A stretch of 55,621 nucleotides of DNA, the filler included, from Jimgerdemannia flammicorona (lineage: Eukaryota), in NCBI GenBank assembly GCA_003990765.1. It is 2 parts of 2 records of this genome, joined end to end, with 100 filler letters (N's around TTAATTAATTAA, not from the genome) between each part and the next. Parts side by side here need not be neighbours in the genome. Positions count along the whole stretch, not along the records: positions 1 to 27,762 come from RBNJ01000606.1; positions 27,863 to 55,621 come from RBNJ01000607.1. One strand, given 5' to 3'. Both the position numbers and the translations under genes were made by a program. A model generated the notes under the pieces. That model saw only the letters and a program-made list of their open reading frames with translations, was not told where the DNA came from and did no database searches. This document shows positions 13,986 through 27,879 of this stretch, piece by piece; the stretch's first letter is position 1; every line of letters starts with the position of its first letter.

Positions 13986-14779
13986 AGTACTACATATAAA
14001 TATATAAATACTTCTTATTATTGAGTTTATCAAATTTCTCTTAACTAATATAGATTATAATTTATATAATAATAATTTTATTTACTTCTTTAGCTTAATT
14101 TTAAGAAGTATCTAGATTGAAGATATTCTTAACTAGTACTATCAATATTAATAACACTGGTTTCAAAATTTGAGTTCTTTATAAGATTATCTATTTGTAG
14201 TAAATTTATCTAAGGAAGATTACTTATAGATAAAAGAAATATTTATTACTATTAAATTATAATAAAACTATATATCAATAGAATTAATATATTATAAATA
14301 ATCTATTATAAACTATTAGTCTTAAGCTCTAAGTTTAGTAAGAAAGTACTAAGTCTAATTAGCTAAGCCTATACTAAGATTGCTAAGTTTTAATTATCTA
14401 ATACTGAGACTAAGTCTAAATATCACTTTTGGAGTCTTATTATTAGATAGAAGATATATACTATACTTATATTTTAAATTAATTAGACTCAGAATTATTA
14501 ATAAGTCAGATCTGTGGGTTCTTGATAAGAATGTTTCTTTATTCTTTGGAAAAAAGTAGAGCTGAGATTTAATATACTTAGTATAGAGAGTATTTATATA
14601 GATTAGATAGCTATAGTTAAATATGATATACTAAATATATCTATATACTACTATACTACTATATAAGATATATAACTACTAAGTTAAAATTTCTATTAAA
14701 AATTCTATTAAAAATTCTGTTAAAACTTTTAATAACTTGTTACTATATATATCTCTTCTATTAGGTGTCTATAATAATA

Positions 14780-15120
14780 CCCTTAAGAGCCCTACTCTCT
14801 CTATTAGTCTGATAGAATATCTACCATTAATCTCTCTCACTTTTCCACTTTTTCTCTAAAACTATCTATCTTTTATTCTTAAATACATACTACTAGTATT
14901 TAGTTAACTCTACTTATATATTAATACTAATATCTACTCAATAGTAAGTTACTTATCACTGACACACTCTACCAACTGCTCTCTTAAGTTATCTTATCTC
15001 TCTCTCTCTCTACTATCTCATTACTATATCTCTAGATAACTCCCAACTATCACTCAGAAGTTACTAAGAATCTTATACTCTCTCAGCCAATGTTCTGATA
15101 TCTGTATAATTTTTCTCTTC
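14780..15120 (-). mobile_element. Highly decayed 3' fragment of LINE family 1 ORF2
   Basis: Reverse complement near 15095 reads EHWLRE..IL.NF, matching PEHWLGECEVLGDFW of copy G. Confidence 0.6.
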
Positions 15121-15122
15121 TA

Positions 15123-15125
<3 letters not shown>

Positions 15126-15173
<48 letters not shown>

Positions 15174-16060
15174 TTTTTTTTTTATTTTAAAAAAACAGAC
15201 TCTATATCCTACAGAATTTTATAAAAAAGAATCTAAACTATATAGGCCAAAACCCTCCTCCATCCCTATTCTGAACACTATATCTCTATTAACCTAGATT
15301 TGCTATATATTATTTAGTAGCTCTATTATATGTATCAGATATAGTAAAGCTTATATTAGCCTATATCTTATTCTATATATCATACTCTCTCTATCATTAG
15401 GGAAAAAATGACTATATGCTAATAACTAAAAGTATATACTCAAAATCTCAATATATTTATAAGACTATATCAGAGCTAGATAGTAAAACTCTTGCTATCC
15501 CAAATAAAGTAATAGATAAAGAAAAAAACTCTTCAAAAGATATAGAATAGTAAATAGAATCTAGTTCTTCCTAATGGGGTAAGTGAAGAACTTATATATA
15601 GGACAGAAAGAGACCCTCAATACTCTACTACTCAAGTCTATGATCTTTAATTATATCATTATATCAGCTCTTAGTTCTAGTTGAGTACAGCCTAAATATC
15701 CAACTTAGATAGCCTTGGGCCCCCCAACAACTCTAAACAACTAGAGCCTAATTTTATATATTACTAAGAGCTATCAAGAGTAATACCTATTATCTAATTA
15801 CTCTATACTAATTAGAAGACTTTACTGATATATATAGTACCTACAATAATCCTAATAACTATTACCAGCTTAATATCTAACTGGTCTACTGTAATTGCCC
15901 TTCTGCTTATCTATAATAGCTATCTCCTCTCCTATCTCAATATTATCTAAAAAGCTATTACCTATGTCAGAACTATTGCCAGAAAGCTCATCAAAACTCA
16001 AAAAGCTCACTACAGATATCAAAGATCTGCTGGAACCTTCACTAGTACTTAATGTCTAAG
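15126..16060 (-). mobile_element. Decayed 3' end of a second LINE family, with poly(A) tail (poly-T on +)
   Basis: Reverse complement of 15190-15300 aligns to 32040-32147 (GGGTTTTGGCCTATATAGT...AAAATTC...GAGTCTGTT + polyA). 5' limit approximate. Confidence 0.65.
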
Positions 16061-17800
16061 GTTAGCTAACTTTCTATATAGTCTATAATATACTAAGATA
16101 ATATCTTATTGATAATTATAAAAAAAAAAAAAAATGCTATACTAAAACAAATATATATACTTCAAATATAGTCAGAGATACTAAAAACTGCAAAAAAGTA
16201 AAGAAAGTACCAATCTAATACTGATAAAGGAGAAAGTTATTACTATTACCTCTTACTTACTATCCTGCAATAGGTATAGAAAATTAACCTGAGGTAGAGG
16301 GAGTAAAAGTTAGAGAAAAGAGACTTAGAAGATTATTTACCAAAACCTTATAACTAGTGTAATAGTAGAGAAAGAGGCTGCTTTTTCTCCTTCTATCCTA
16401 TATTATAATAATTCTTATACTCAAAAATTTCTCTTTTTATCAAATGACCTGATCTAAAGTTTAATATAATATTTCTCCTCAAAGACATACTACTATACTA
16501 TCCAGAACTTTAGAGAAAACTACTACCATATCTCAGTACTCTAAGACCAGACTTCAGCCCAGTTCTATATCTTGTCAATACCTACTGACTGCTAATCTAT
16601 TAGCTACAGATTCTATCTCACCCCTTATTAATACTCTATGTCAGTATTAATATTAAAGTCTATTAGTAATAAATCACTCAATAGAAGTCTGTCTCACCTC
16701 TATATTATAGGTCTCTATTATATCTTCTTCTTATTACTATACTAATATAAATTAATATAGTGAGCCCTCTTTACTACTTCTTATCAAAATTCTCTATATA
16801 TATATATTATAAGTATCTATTACTTTCCAATCCAACTATTAATAATAAATTACTTAAAGAATCTCTAGAAGAAAACCTTACCTCCTAGACCTTCTATATT
16901 AATAATATCAATCCTCTACTCTATAACTTGATAGCTCTCTTTAACTACTAAGTTCTAAGATAATATAATCTCTTCAGAAAGTTTACTAGATCTAAACCTC
17001 CTCTATTTACTAGAGTTACCAAGATCTCTCAACTTATCTAACTCTACCTCCTGACTCAAATCTAGTTTTTAGCTATTTTTAACAATCTCTTCACTATCTA
17101 TATCAGAAAGTCTAGTAATATGTCAGATATTATAACTTTAATAATCAATAAATATTAAAAATCAATATCTATCTAATAAGAGAAATATAATATCTCTCCT
17201 AACTCTGGAGGGTCTCTCTCTATTTCACCAAAGCTTGGTCTTCTTCTTATCAAGAGAGTTTAGATCTATAAAAGTAGAGTTTACTATCTTGAGTTAGTTC
17301 TTATAATAGGTCTTAAAATAGTTCTTTTTATAGTATTTAGGTTCTAATACTTTACTATGATCTATATACTATAGTTCAATATTCAGAATATTTAATATAT
17401 TATTTTCTATTGTTTGTTTTTCATATATAACTTTATTCATAATATTATCTCTAGATTATATAATTGTTATTTATTTAATATATATCATTAAAGTTATTTG
17501 TGATATAATTCTTATTATATATAACTACTCTTTTAGTTATACATATTTTGACTCCTTGACTTAGCTAAGTAAGAGTTACTAACTTTTACTTAATAAATTT
17601 TATAAAAATATTAATTTATTAAAAATACTAACTATAAGTAAATAGATCTTATAGTTTTATCTTCAGTTAAATAATTTTGAGCTAATTAGAATGATATAAT
17701 TATCTCTACATTGATACTTATCTTCACCAATTTCAAATTCTAGAAAGATACTCAATTAAACTGGAGCATATATCATGCTGTTATATATCTGATCCCATGG
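16061..17800. repeat. Extremely AT/TpA-rich decayed repeat-derived DNA of unresolved origin
   Basis: No CpG seen by eye, TpA-rich, no ORF over 60 aa. Abrupt return of CpG at about 17830. Confidence 0.5.
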
Positions 17801-18131
17801 TGCTGGAACTATTTGAGAAAAATGTCCAAACGATGGATTGGAATCAAGTCGCCAGATTCCCCAAATAGGCTTAAAATCTCGTATGGAGGAATCCAAGTCA
17901 ATTCTGCACCGGAACATGACGTCGCACTATTCAACTGGCTCCTATGGCCTATCATTTTCTCGAGCCTCTTCCTTTCCATAAAATTGCGAAACGCGACCCA
18001 CGACCCGCGCAATGAAGCGTTTTTTTTTTTTTTTTCATGCACCTAAAATCCGCTCCGTCAACGTTACCAAATAAGATCTTTGTATTTTCTGTTTACAACT
18101 ACATCACAATCCCTTTAAAAACCTCTCTACT

Positions 18132-19732
18132 CTACAACTTACTCTTCCCGTCCTCAACCCTAGCCACTACCTTCCCATACGTCTTCCTTGTGCCAATGGC
18201 ATCGAGTGCTTCAGGGATTTCGGCGATGTCGTAGACGCGTTCGTACACAACGGGCCTGAAGGTTCCGTTGGCAAACATGCGGAACAGCCCGTCCCAGACC
18301 TCCGGTATCCGCTCCGGCTCGTTGGGAACGTAGGCGCCCCAGTGCACGCCCACAAGCGAGATATTTTTAAGAAGCACTCGGTTCATAGCGACCTTCTCGA
18401 AGGTGCCTTTAGCTATGAGAAGATGGGCGTGAGAGTTAATTGATGATAGAGGTGAAAGCAGAAGCAAAAATTGTGGTGACATTGGATCGGAGGTTGAGAA
18501 ATGAAGATACAAACCGAAACCGACGACGAGAATACGGCCGTTCCAGGCTGTGCACTTCATGCTACAGCGCAGAAAAAAAAAAATCGTGAGAACCAAACCG
18601 CTAAATTCGCATTCCCAATAATTCCTTTCCCCTCTTCTCCAACCCCGACTCACCTTTCATCAATCAACCCAACGGGATCATACACGACATCGGCGCCATG
18701 ACCGTTGGTCAGGTTCTTGACCTGCTGAGTCCAGTCTTTGTCGCGGTAATTGATGCAATGATCCGCGCCGTTGCGCCGGGCCACCTCCAGCTTGTCGGCC
18801 GAGCCCGCCGTGGCAATTACGGTGGCGCCAAGGGCCTGTGCAGGATAAGGGTAAAGGAGAGGGGAGCATGAGGTGAGATGATTACAATGAGCGAGGGGAA
18901 AAGAAGAGTTGCAGAGAGGGATCGGTACCTTGGCAATCTGGACAGCAGCAATGCCGACACCACCGGCGGCAGCGTGGACGAGACAGACCTCGTCTATTGT
19001 TTATAGGAATGTTTTGTAAGCAAGGGGAGAATGAGACAAATGAGAACGTGAGACCATCCCTCCCCCCTGTCCCTACCCAACCACGAGCCAAAAGAAAGAG
19101 AAAGAGAGAATGCACCCTTCTTCAACTGCGCCCTGAGCACGAGGGCGGCATAGCTAGTCGGGTACGTGATGAAGAGCCCGGCAGCCTCCTCAAATGAGAA
19201 ATTCTGGGGAACGGGGAGAATGGCGCCGGACTTGACGACGATGCGCTCGGCGTAGGAGAAACCGTTGCCAAAGACACGGTCCCCCGGCTTGCAATTCTTG
19301 ACGGAGGGATGGGTCGCCACGACGACGCCTGTCGAGAAGGAGGATTAGTCACTCGTTGAATGAAGGTACGAAAAATAAATGACGGGGTGGTCGCGCACCT
19401 GAGAACTCGCCGCCGGGGATGAAGGGGAAGGGTGGTTTGATTTGGTATTTGCCTTGAATCTGTTCCAGGAGGGAGGCATGTCGTATCACCAATATCAAAC
19501 ATATCAAGCATCCACCTCTAATACCTCCCACTTCACATCCACAACCGTTATTTTCCTTGAACTTTCCCTTTCTACATACCATCAAAATATCAAAGAAATT
19601 CAACCCGATCGCCTTCACGTCCACAATGATCTCTCCCTTCTTCAGTTGTGCGGGTGTGGGAACGGGCGCGTCCTTCCTGAGAACAAGTTCCTCGGGCCCC
19701 TTGAGCCAGCGTTCAACGACGTAAGCCTTCAT
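18132..19732 (-). CDS. NADPH:quinone oxidoreductase / zeta-crystallin-like MDR (zinc-binding dehydrogenase family) with C-terminal PTS1 (SKL); 7 exons
   Basis: Exons 19732-19580, 19459-19399, 19328-19116, 18993-18929, 18835-18654, 18561-18515 and 18412-18132, all GT-AG and in frame. Motifs GLNFFD, PFIPGGEFSG, HAAAGGVG (nucleotide binding), YDPVG, GRILVVGF, GKVV. Ends GKSKL*. Confidence 0.93.
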
Positions 19733-19799
19733 TTCGAGTCTAGTGGGTTTGAGTGAAATAGGTTCAAACGCGCCAAAATTCCAAAATTGTGGACTGGGT

Positions 19800-19822
19800 G
19801 TCACGTGGATGGCTGGCACGTG
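19800..19822. promoter_or_regulatory. Two CACGTG E-boxes about 70-90 bp upstream of the oxidoreductase ATG
   Basis: GTCACGTG at 19800-19807 and CACGTG at 19817-19822. A function as bHLH sites is inferred. Confidence 0.4.
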
Positions 19823-21104
19823 AAGTAGGAAAACTGATTGCTAAGATGATTTACTTGCCGGCAAATGGTAAAGGTGGTAGGTTGTGCTGACATATCCGTT
19901 TTACCTAGCCGCCATGGGGTCGAGCATTGGTGTGTTTTAAAACTAGTCCTTTTGCAAAAGGAAAAAGAGAAGGAGATATTTTGACTCAGGGCCAAGCGCA
20001 AATTCGCTACTCGGATTATTAGTATATCAATACTCTACACTGGATACATTCGCTCTCACCCCCCAAAACTATTCAACGACTTTGATTCCTTTATATGCGT
20101 ATCACGTCGGCTGACGAGGTAGCAATGCATGCACCACATCAAATCCTTTCATCTTTTTCTTCAAAAATAGTATAACGCTCTATACTTAATGGAATTGGCG
20201 CAAAAATTGAAATGGATTTCGAGCAGCGAGGTGGAAGCCAGTCATACTACCAAGCATTCAATTACTCCTAGTTATATTTTAGGACCAAATAAAGTAATCA
20301 TTCAAGCTTAATTAAAATACTGAAGATGTCTTGACTTGCTTCCATCTTGCTGCTAAAGATGCTTGTCAATTTTTGCGCCGATTCCATTCAGTACTCTTAC
20401 ATAATGTTTTTTTTTTTTTTTTTTTTTTAATAAATAAAAGAGCGCTTTGGGTGCTCCCACGGCGCGCCAGTGTATGAGTGATGCTCGAAGCGAGTGGCCC
20501 TGCCACGCTGTTCGAAGGACTTGCACAGGGTCTCTAACAAAAATCTACAATTATGAAATAACCGAATTCCAAATCGGCGAGTAAACTCTAAGGTGGGATG
20601 GCTGGATTCGGGATAGAAATCAGTGAACACCGTGTTGAACAGGAACAAGGATAAATGAGGGAATCCGGGATGCAGCACACCAAACATCCTCGACAAGAGA
20701 ATATGAGTTGGCATAAAACCTATGGCCCACTCATCACATACATTGCCCGCTACTCTACAACCATTTTACCGCGAATCCCTCTTCCAGGTTCTCCTGTACA
20801 ACGCAGGCAGCCGTCGTCAACGCTCGTCGGTTGGTGGTGCCGATTGAATTCCTGTTGGAAGCTTACATTAAATGAAACGGCCCAGGTATACTCATAATTA
20901 CATGCAGGAGGTAATTAGGTGGCTGTTGATTTTTGTCATATCTGCGACTATGGATATCACGACGGACATACAATGTGATTACCCAAGTGACCGGGGTCGT
21001 GCCTGCAATGCGAGTGTGGAACGGTGAGTTATGACAGCTTCTTTCTTTTCGTACAGCGTTGCACAGTCCATTCGGCCCGCGTACCCTGTGAGCCAAATCA
21101 CCCC

Positions 21105-21226
21105 TAGAGATGGATAGGATCGAACCGATTACAAAAAAAAGTTCCAGAAATCCTTACCCAATGGATCGAATTATCGTTCACCTCCATAATCAACCGCAGT
21201 TCGATGGCGATCCGATCCAGTCTCTC
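21105..21226. mobile_element. Possible small MITE relic with about 17-bp terminal inverted repeats
   Basis: AGAGATGGATAGGATCG (21106-21122) vs CGATCCGATCCAGTCTCT (21208-21225). TAG start is hAT-like. No TSD found. Confidence 0.4.
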
Positions 21227-24200
21227 GGCAACGGTAGCTCCCCCGTGATTCAGATATGGATTTTAATTTTTCTTATGGGTTGATGTGCTCCTCGGCCCCG
21301 AGTCAACCTTGAACATGATTCATACCCAAGCGACCCCTGCCGCATACGTGGGCCTGTCTTTGGTTCAAATTCATAATCCGGCAATGGAGGAAAATATTCC
21401 GCAAGCGGAAGGTTCGACGAGTGAGGGATGGGCCTGACCAGCATCGTACAGGATATGTGTGCGGATGATCAGTGCATGACGTTCTGGGTACACATGTGTA
21501 GGCGATGGGAAAAACGTCGGCCGAATGGGGCGAGTGAAACATGTGGAGGTTTGGAGCCAACAATTCTGGGGAAATTCTCCTGCAAACGGAAATTAAGGCG
21601 AGCGAGCAGGCTTGTCGTGCATGATCCGCGTTACGTGTAAACACGGCGGTTATGGCGATGGGGCGTGCACCAAAAAAATAAGCCGAATATGGCGACCGAA
21701 ACCATGAATTCCGAGATAATTAAAGTGTACATACCTAATAGACATGGTTGTTTACAAAGCACGATCCACATCGTCCAACAGTTTTGTAAAACAAAGGGGG
21801 CGTCTTGCAAAAACAAAGCCCTGATGTATATAATTATAGCGACTGAAACCTAATATGTATGTTTTTTTTTTTTTTTTTTTTTCTGACCCTCCCGTATGCG
21901 CCCTGCAAATCTTCCTGAGTGCTGGATCTCTGTCTCAACATATAATTAATTTGGGCAGAGGGTAGCTCGCGGGTTAGCGAGCAGGATGGGGGAGCCGCTT
22001 GGTTTCCCTCTTTTGAAATGACGTGGGGCGCCCCAACCGCCACAAAACAAAACAAACGCAAGGGGGGATCGGATCCAAAATAGTCTGTTGAACGGATTGG
22101 TCGGCCCATCGAGAATCAAGGTATCAGCCGAGCGCATCGACACTATCGTCCGAATCGCTTCACGTTCTCGACGCTCTCATGGGAACAAATATGTGTTCAC
22201 GAGTCACTGCATCACGAACGAACGAACGAGGCATCTCTTTCGTTTTAGTTTTTTTTTTTTTTTGCTACACTACATCATCGTGATGGTCCGCCGTGCCCTT
22301 TTCCGTTTTAACTTCGCCATCTCATGATACATCGAAGCCTACACAGTGTCACTCAATTCCTCCATCCTACTCATGCACACCGGACAAAAAGGTGACTCTC
22401 CGTCGTGTCCAGAACGCGTGTAACCGGCCGACGATCATCGTCAAATGTAACTCTCTTCAGCTTGTGCATATTATGGCATGGGTTCATATTTAAAGCCTGT
22501 GTCCCTCAGGCATGACGCGATCTCACCAGAAAGAAAGAAGAAAAAAAAAATCCCCCCCTCAATATGCCGCGGCTAAGCCTCGCACAAAAGAAGCAATGGT
22601 CAATACCCACACAGGATCGCTTCGCCATTAGATGTATACAACCGCGCCCGCCGCTCAGGGTTAGAATGAAAAATAAACACACCCCTTGCCCGGGTTTTCT
22701 GCAACCCCCATTTGTATGACACCGGGCTGTCAACACGGGTTGCTTGATTGGGGAAGACGAGAGCCATAATTCAGGGGTTTTGTACGTGAATACGTTCCTA
22801 TGTCCGAGAATCCATACAACAAATGTAGTGGCTGTAGAAACAAACTCCCCGCCAACCCGCCGGGGAGCTGCAGGACGACATCATTCAATCAAAGCGGGGA
22901 TGACCAGACCGGTTGGTTCCGGTTCCAGCGGCAGGTTTCACACGGCCAAACACGTGGTTGCTTCTGTGCTGTGCATACGGATGGGCCATGCAAACGAGGT
23001 GACATACCGAGTAGTGGTTCCCACGACGGCTAGAAGCCAGGGGATGAACAGTGTGTCACGGGTGACAAATCTCCGTTGGCGCCACGCGGCGGGTTGGAAC
23101 CATAGAACGTCAAGAGCCGGCTTGATTCGGGTTAGTGGCTTTAGGTCAATCGATGTGTTTGGCATTCTTTGCATGTCGCCCGATTCGAAGGGGGATTGAT
23201 TTGATATGAAAATTCAGTGCCAGTCTCGCGCATCGAGCGATAAAGAACCCCACTCCATATAACCAACATGCACACAGTAACCAAGACAGCATGTAGATTA
23301 TATTACAAGGAAAGTCGACAGACAAGTCCGAAAACCCTAGCCATGAATCGTCATCAAAACCCAAAAGCGCGACGGCCTCCCGCGAAATGTAAAAAAAAAA
23401 AAAAATAGGCGGGGTTGGGGGAATGGAGGTTTCCGAACTGGTCCTGCTGTCCACGACGTCAACGAAAATGAAGGAACAAAAACACAAAATGGGGAACGCT
23501 AACCAGCCCCGCACCTCCCGCCCGCGAGGGTCCGATGGGTAAAATAAATGATCTACTCTACCATTGTGCAAAAGGTGTCGTGTTTATGCGCAGCGAAAAG
23601 AAAAGCAGAAAATCAACAAATTGAATAAAGAAGGGTGAACATAAGTATAGAGTAGTTTCCGTGACCATGGGAGGTAGCTATAGTTATACTAGAAGCAAAA
23701 CGCGAAACACGATAGAGACAGGTAGATAGATGCATATGATGATGAAGCGAATTTTGCTCAGAAATTTAATGAGAGGGTGGAGATAGATCATGTCGAACGA
23801 GCGTTGTAATGAAGTGAAGGTTAAGATATATCGAGCAAAACCGAAAACACGACAAATAAAGAGGGAGAGAGGGTGGGTGAAATAAAATGAAGGCTATTGT
23901 ACAAGGAACTTCCCCCGTCCACGCCCAAAACGCACACCTTTGGGAAGATAGGGATTGAAATACCCCGAAGGAGGAAAAACAAGGAAAGGGTTGGGTGGGT
24001 TGTAGAGGATGGGATGGCAAGCACAATCTGAGTGATGAGGGTAACAAAAGAGGGCGAAAATTCGTGGAAAGGAGAGTCCCAAGGGGATATATTAGGGCCC
24101 TGATACGGCCACGAACCAAAAGTGGGAAAGGAAGGGGGGGATGTTTGAGCTCGTGAAAAAGAAAAAGAAAAAAGAAAAAAAAAAAAAGAGTCGAAATTGA

Positions 24201-24559
24201 AAGTCGATGGGGTGGGAGGTGGGAGGAATGCATCAATCCTTCCTCCCCAACCCCGGAATCATCACAGCGACTTTGACCGGCCCAACTTGTAGAAGGTGTG
24301 CATTTATCGTAGAACTCCGTTCGTCGTCATCCAGCACCGCCGTCCACCAATAATCGCTTGTTCGGGGAAGAAAAGAAAAAGAGGAAGCCAGGAGAGACAT
24401 TGTTCTGTGACCCGCCGCATCAGCTCCTCGCGCCAAACGCCATTCGTTAAGTAGCAAGCAAACTTTCGTGGCAAGAAAAGAAAAAAAAAGAAAAAATCCA
24501 TCTCCGAGGTATTTACAGCCGCGCCATTTCCACACTCTGGCTCACCGCCCAGCACCATT

Positions 24560-26287
24560 TCATGACGACGCCTGTGTTTGGCTGGGGAGCCAAAAGTTTT
24601 CGTTGAGGTTATGCGGGATATCAGGCCTGTTCCGGGACCCAAGCATGAGCACCAAATCGTCCATAATCCTATCTGAGTCCTCCTCGCCGAAACCCACCGC
24701 GGATCCCATCATTAACTCGTTCCTTCCAGCGTTGTTCGCGGCCATGTTGCCCATGTTGCCCGCGTTGTTCCCGTTAGCGTCGGCGCGCGGGTTGGCGTCG
24801 GGGGAGTGGATCCCACCACCGCCACCGGAGTTCATGTAGCCATTCGCGCCGTTGGTGCGGGCGTCCGTGCGGTAGTAGGAGTTCATGCCGCGGTCGAGGC
24901 CGGCGGTGGGAAGGTAGGAACCGATTGAGGCGCGCTTGACGTCGAGAAGGTCCGTGGGATCGTCGTTACCGTTGGAGTAATGCGAGGGGGTGGAGACGGA
25001 GTGACGCGGGACAACACCATTCGAGTACCGGCGGTACGTCGAGTGCGGCGGGCTGGCGAGACCGTTGTGGATCGAGGGCGGGCTGACCGAGCCGCTGGAG
25101 AGGGAATCGAGCGACTGCTTGCGGTGGCCGGTAATGTCGTTATAGGGCGATCCGCCATTGCGGCTCTCTGAGGTGTTGGATTGGATGCCAGGCGGCGTGG
25201 AGAGCGAAGGAGCCAGGTTGGTGTCGTGGGGGTGATAAAGGGGATGATTCGTAGGTGTGGGTTCAGAAGTCGACACGGGCATGCCCTTGGCTTTGCCCAG
25301 CTCCTGTCGGAGGGTGCGCAGACTGTCTTGAAGCGACTTATTGTCCTTTTTGAGAGATTCGACAAGGTTCTTGTATTCATCCAATTCCTTGGCCTTGGAC
25401 TCGAGGTCTTTTATGTACTTGTCTTTGCGTTGCCGGAAGGCACGCTGCGCGGCACGGTTCTGTGCCGCTCGTTTCGATGACTGTACCGATCGCGCTGCCG
25501 CTTGGTTAGCCTGGCTCGTCGAACTAGTGGATTTCGACGGCGAGGGGGCTTGCTGCGCCTGTTGCTGTTGCTGTTGCATCGCGTTCAGCTGGAACGACGA
25601 CAGCGACGGGCCCGCTGCTGTGTTGGGGGGATTGAGACAAACAAAACAAGGTTTGCGAGTTGTTGGCATGAAGGGGAATGAGGCAACATGGTGCTGGGGG
25701 TTCTTTTTAAAACTAAAGTGAGTAATAGCAGAAGCGGAGGAGGATAAAATGCCATAGACACTTACGCGACATGCCTCCCATCATATTCGAACCGTCCAAC
25801 TCGCTCGATATGCTGGAGTTCCTTCGTTGAACTGTCAAAAAATGAATGTGACGTGGTTTTAGGCGCAGGAATAAAGGGAGGGGGGTACATAAACCGGAGG
25901 AGGAATATATTGTTCGAAACAAGACAATTAATTACCTGGCGGAAGGTAATCAGACGGTATCGATGGCTGATAGACGCCGTTGGGTGACATGGAGTTCGCT
26001 TGTTGTTGGTAAATGGCGGAGGATCGCTGACCGAGTGACATGCCGCTGCTCGGAGCCGACACCGAGTAAGTGAGGGGCGGGGGCGGCTGATGGGTGAGGT
26101 GCTGTTGCTTTTGAGCGACGTCGGTGAGCAGTGTCCACGATGAGGGGGCCATGCTGTGTTGCATTAGTGACTGATGGTCCTGGGGTGCGGAGCCGGCGGA
26201 CACGGAGGGGTGGGTGAGAGGCGGACTTGGGATGAAGTAAGAGCCGTTGGTGTTGGAGAGGCCACGTTCGTGTGTGTGATAGGCCAT
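24560..26287 (-). CDS. bZIP transcription factor, Yap/AP-1 (KapC-like) basic region; at least 3 exons
   Basis: Exons 26287-25936, 25831-25766 and 25617-24560 (GT-AG, in frame). KRAAQNRAAQRAFRQRKDKYIKDLE plus leucine zipper; poly-Q. The 3' end may include extra exons. Confidence 0.88.
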
Positions 26288-27317
26288 TGTGACGTAAGAG
26301 TGACGCGGGAGGCGAGGTGTATACGCTTGTGTGGCTGGTATGTTGGGAGAGGGGGGGAAGGGTTGACGGCTAGCTGTTGCTTGGCTCTGGAAATTTAGCG
26401 TAGTAGTAGGAGCGGTTGTGGCTGCTACTGTTTTTTTTTTTTTTTGAGGGTGTAGGGAGGTTGTTGCTGCTCCTCAAGAGATGCGTTGCGATTGTTACGA
26501 CTTGTTTCGTGGAGGGTGGGTCGTGTGGGAGGATGGGCGAGGAGGTGGGAGTTAGCGTTATTTTTTTATTTTTTTGGGGTTCTTTCTTTCTTCCGACGTC
26601 GGTTGTCGTTCGTTGCGTTGCGTTGCAGTCGATGGGGGGGTAGTCGAGGGGAAGACCAGTCACATAAACCAAAGACTTGTCAAAACGTAAAGGCTCTTTG
26701 CCGGGGAATGCAAGGAGAGGGCCTGGTGGGCGGGGGACGTCTCGAGTTCGGACGGGGTGAGAGAGGGAGAGCGGACGAAGAGCGGAGGATTGGGGCGAGG
26801 CGTCGGTCTCAAAATATCGTCAAAGGCAGCCACCCTCGGTCGTGCAAATGAAAGAAAAGGCAAAGAGCGAAGATGAGGAGGCACTGTCACTTTTTCTGCT
26901 TGCGGCTGATCCAAAAAATTTTAACTCTCAATAATACACTCTGACAGAGAACAGTAGCACATGGGTGGATGATTCAGCATCATAATATGTCATACATATC
27001 CTGCCCTTGCCAACCAGGTTCTCTTGTTTACACACACACACACACATCACAACCCCACCCCTTGCATGACTGAATAATGAAATGAATGAAATGAAAATTT
27101 CGTCAGAGATCCACCCTTCCCAATACTTGTCCAATCTAGGTCATGTCAACTCCGACACCAGACACCGCGACCAGCCCAGCCCCTTGGAACCATACACATA
27201 CACAGATTTTCCGCCCCGCACCGGTGCTATGCATGAACTTAGTCTAAATTTTCCCTTGAGCGTGGGTGCCATATGATTACTTGTCTCATTTATTTCAATA
27301 TTTTTCAAAAAAGCAAC

Positions 27318-27379
<62 letters not shown>

Positions 27380-27762
27380 CCGTCCAGGTCAAATATGAAC
27401 AGAAGGAAGCAGACTCAGCCAATCCACCTCATGATGATGGGTGGCACTTATCGGTGTATCTGAACACCTGCCAGAAATACCGTTTACGCACGTTCATCGC
27501 CCATTGTCTTTGGTTCACGCGTATAGATTAATAAATATACAAGCAACAGGAAGTGGATCTAGCGGAAGAAAAAGGAACCAAATTTGTATTTGACATCTGT
27601 CAATAATAAGTGACCAGAACCATGTATACAATTATAGCCTTATTTCATCTAGGAGAATATTCCCTAAGAGCGTACATACACCCCATTCGCCTTCTCGTTC
27701 ACGGTTTCCCGCGCCTAATTCCCGATACCTTGGGCCCTCTTCATTCCTCACGTCAAAAAAAA

Positions 27763-27862
27763 NNNNNNNNNNNNNNNNNNNNNNNNNNNNNNNNNNNNNN
27801 NNNNNNTTAATTAATTAANNNNNNNNNNNNNNNNNNNNNNNNNNNNNNNNNNNNNNNNNNNN
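27763..27862. other. Artificial scaffold linker (44 N + TTAATTAATTAA + 44 N)
   Basis: Symmetric N runs around a six-frame stop linker, flanked by homopolymer A runs. Adjacency of the two sides is not guaranteed. Confidence 0.95.
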
Positions 27863-27879
27863 AAAAAAAAAAAAAGGAG

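Noticed and set aside
19820..24230. Many short ORFs in the CpG-rich intergenic region
   Set aside because: No recognisable domains or coherent exon chain, and several run through homopolymers. Treated as promoter or UTR sequence.
27319..27378. About 60-nt poly(A) run (poly-K/poly-F ORFs)
   Set aside because: No upstream retroelement body or TSD seen. A simple homopolymer of uncertain length.
27807..27818. TTAATTAATTAA palindrome inside the N run
   Set aside because: Standard synthetic six-frame-stop contig linker, not biological.
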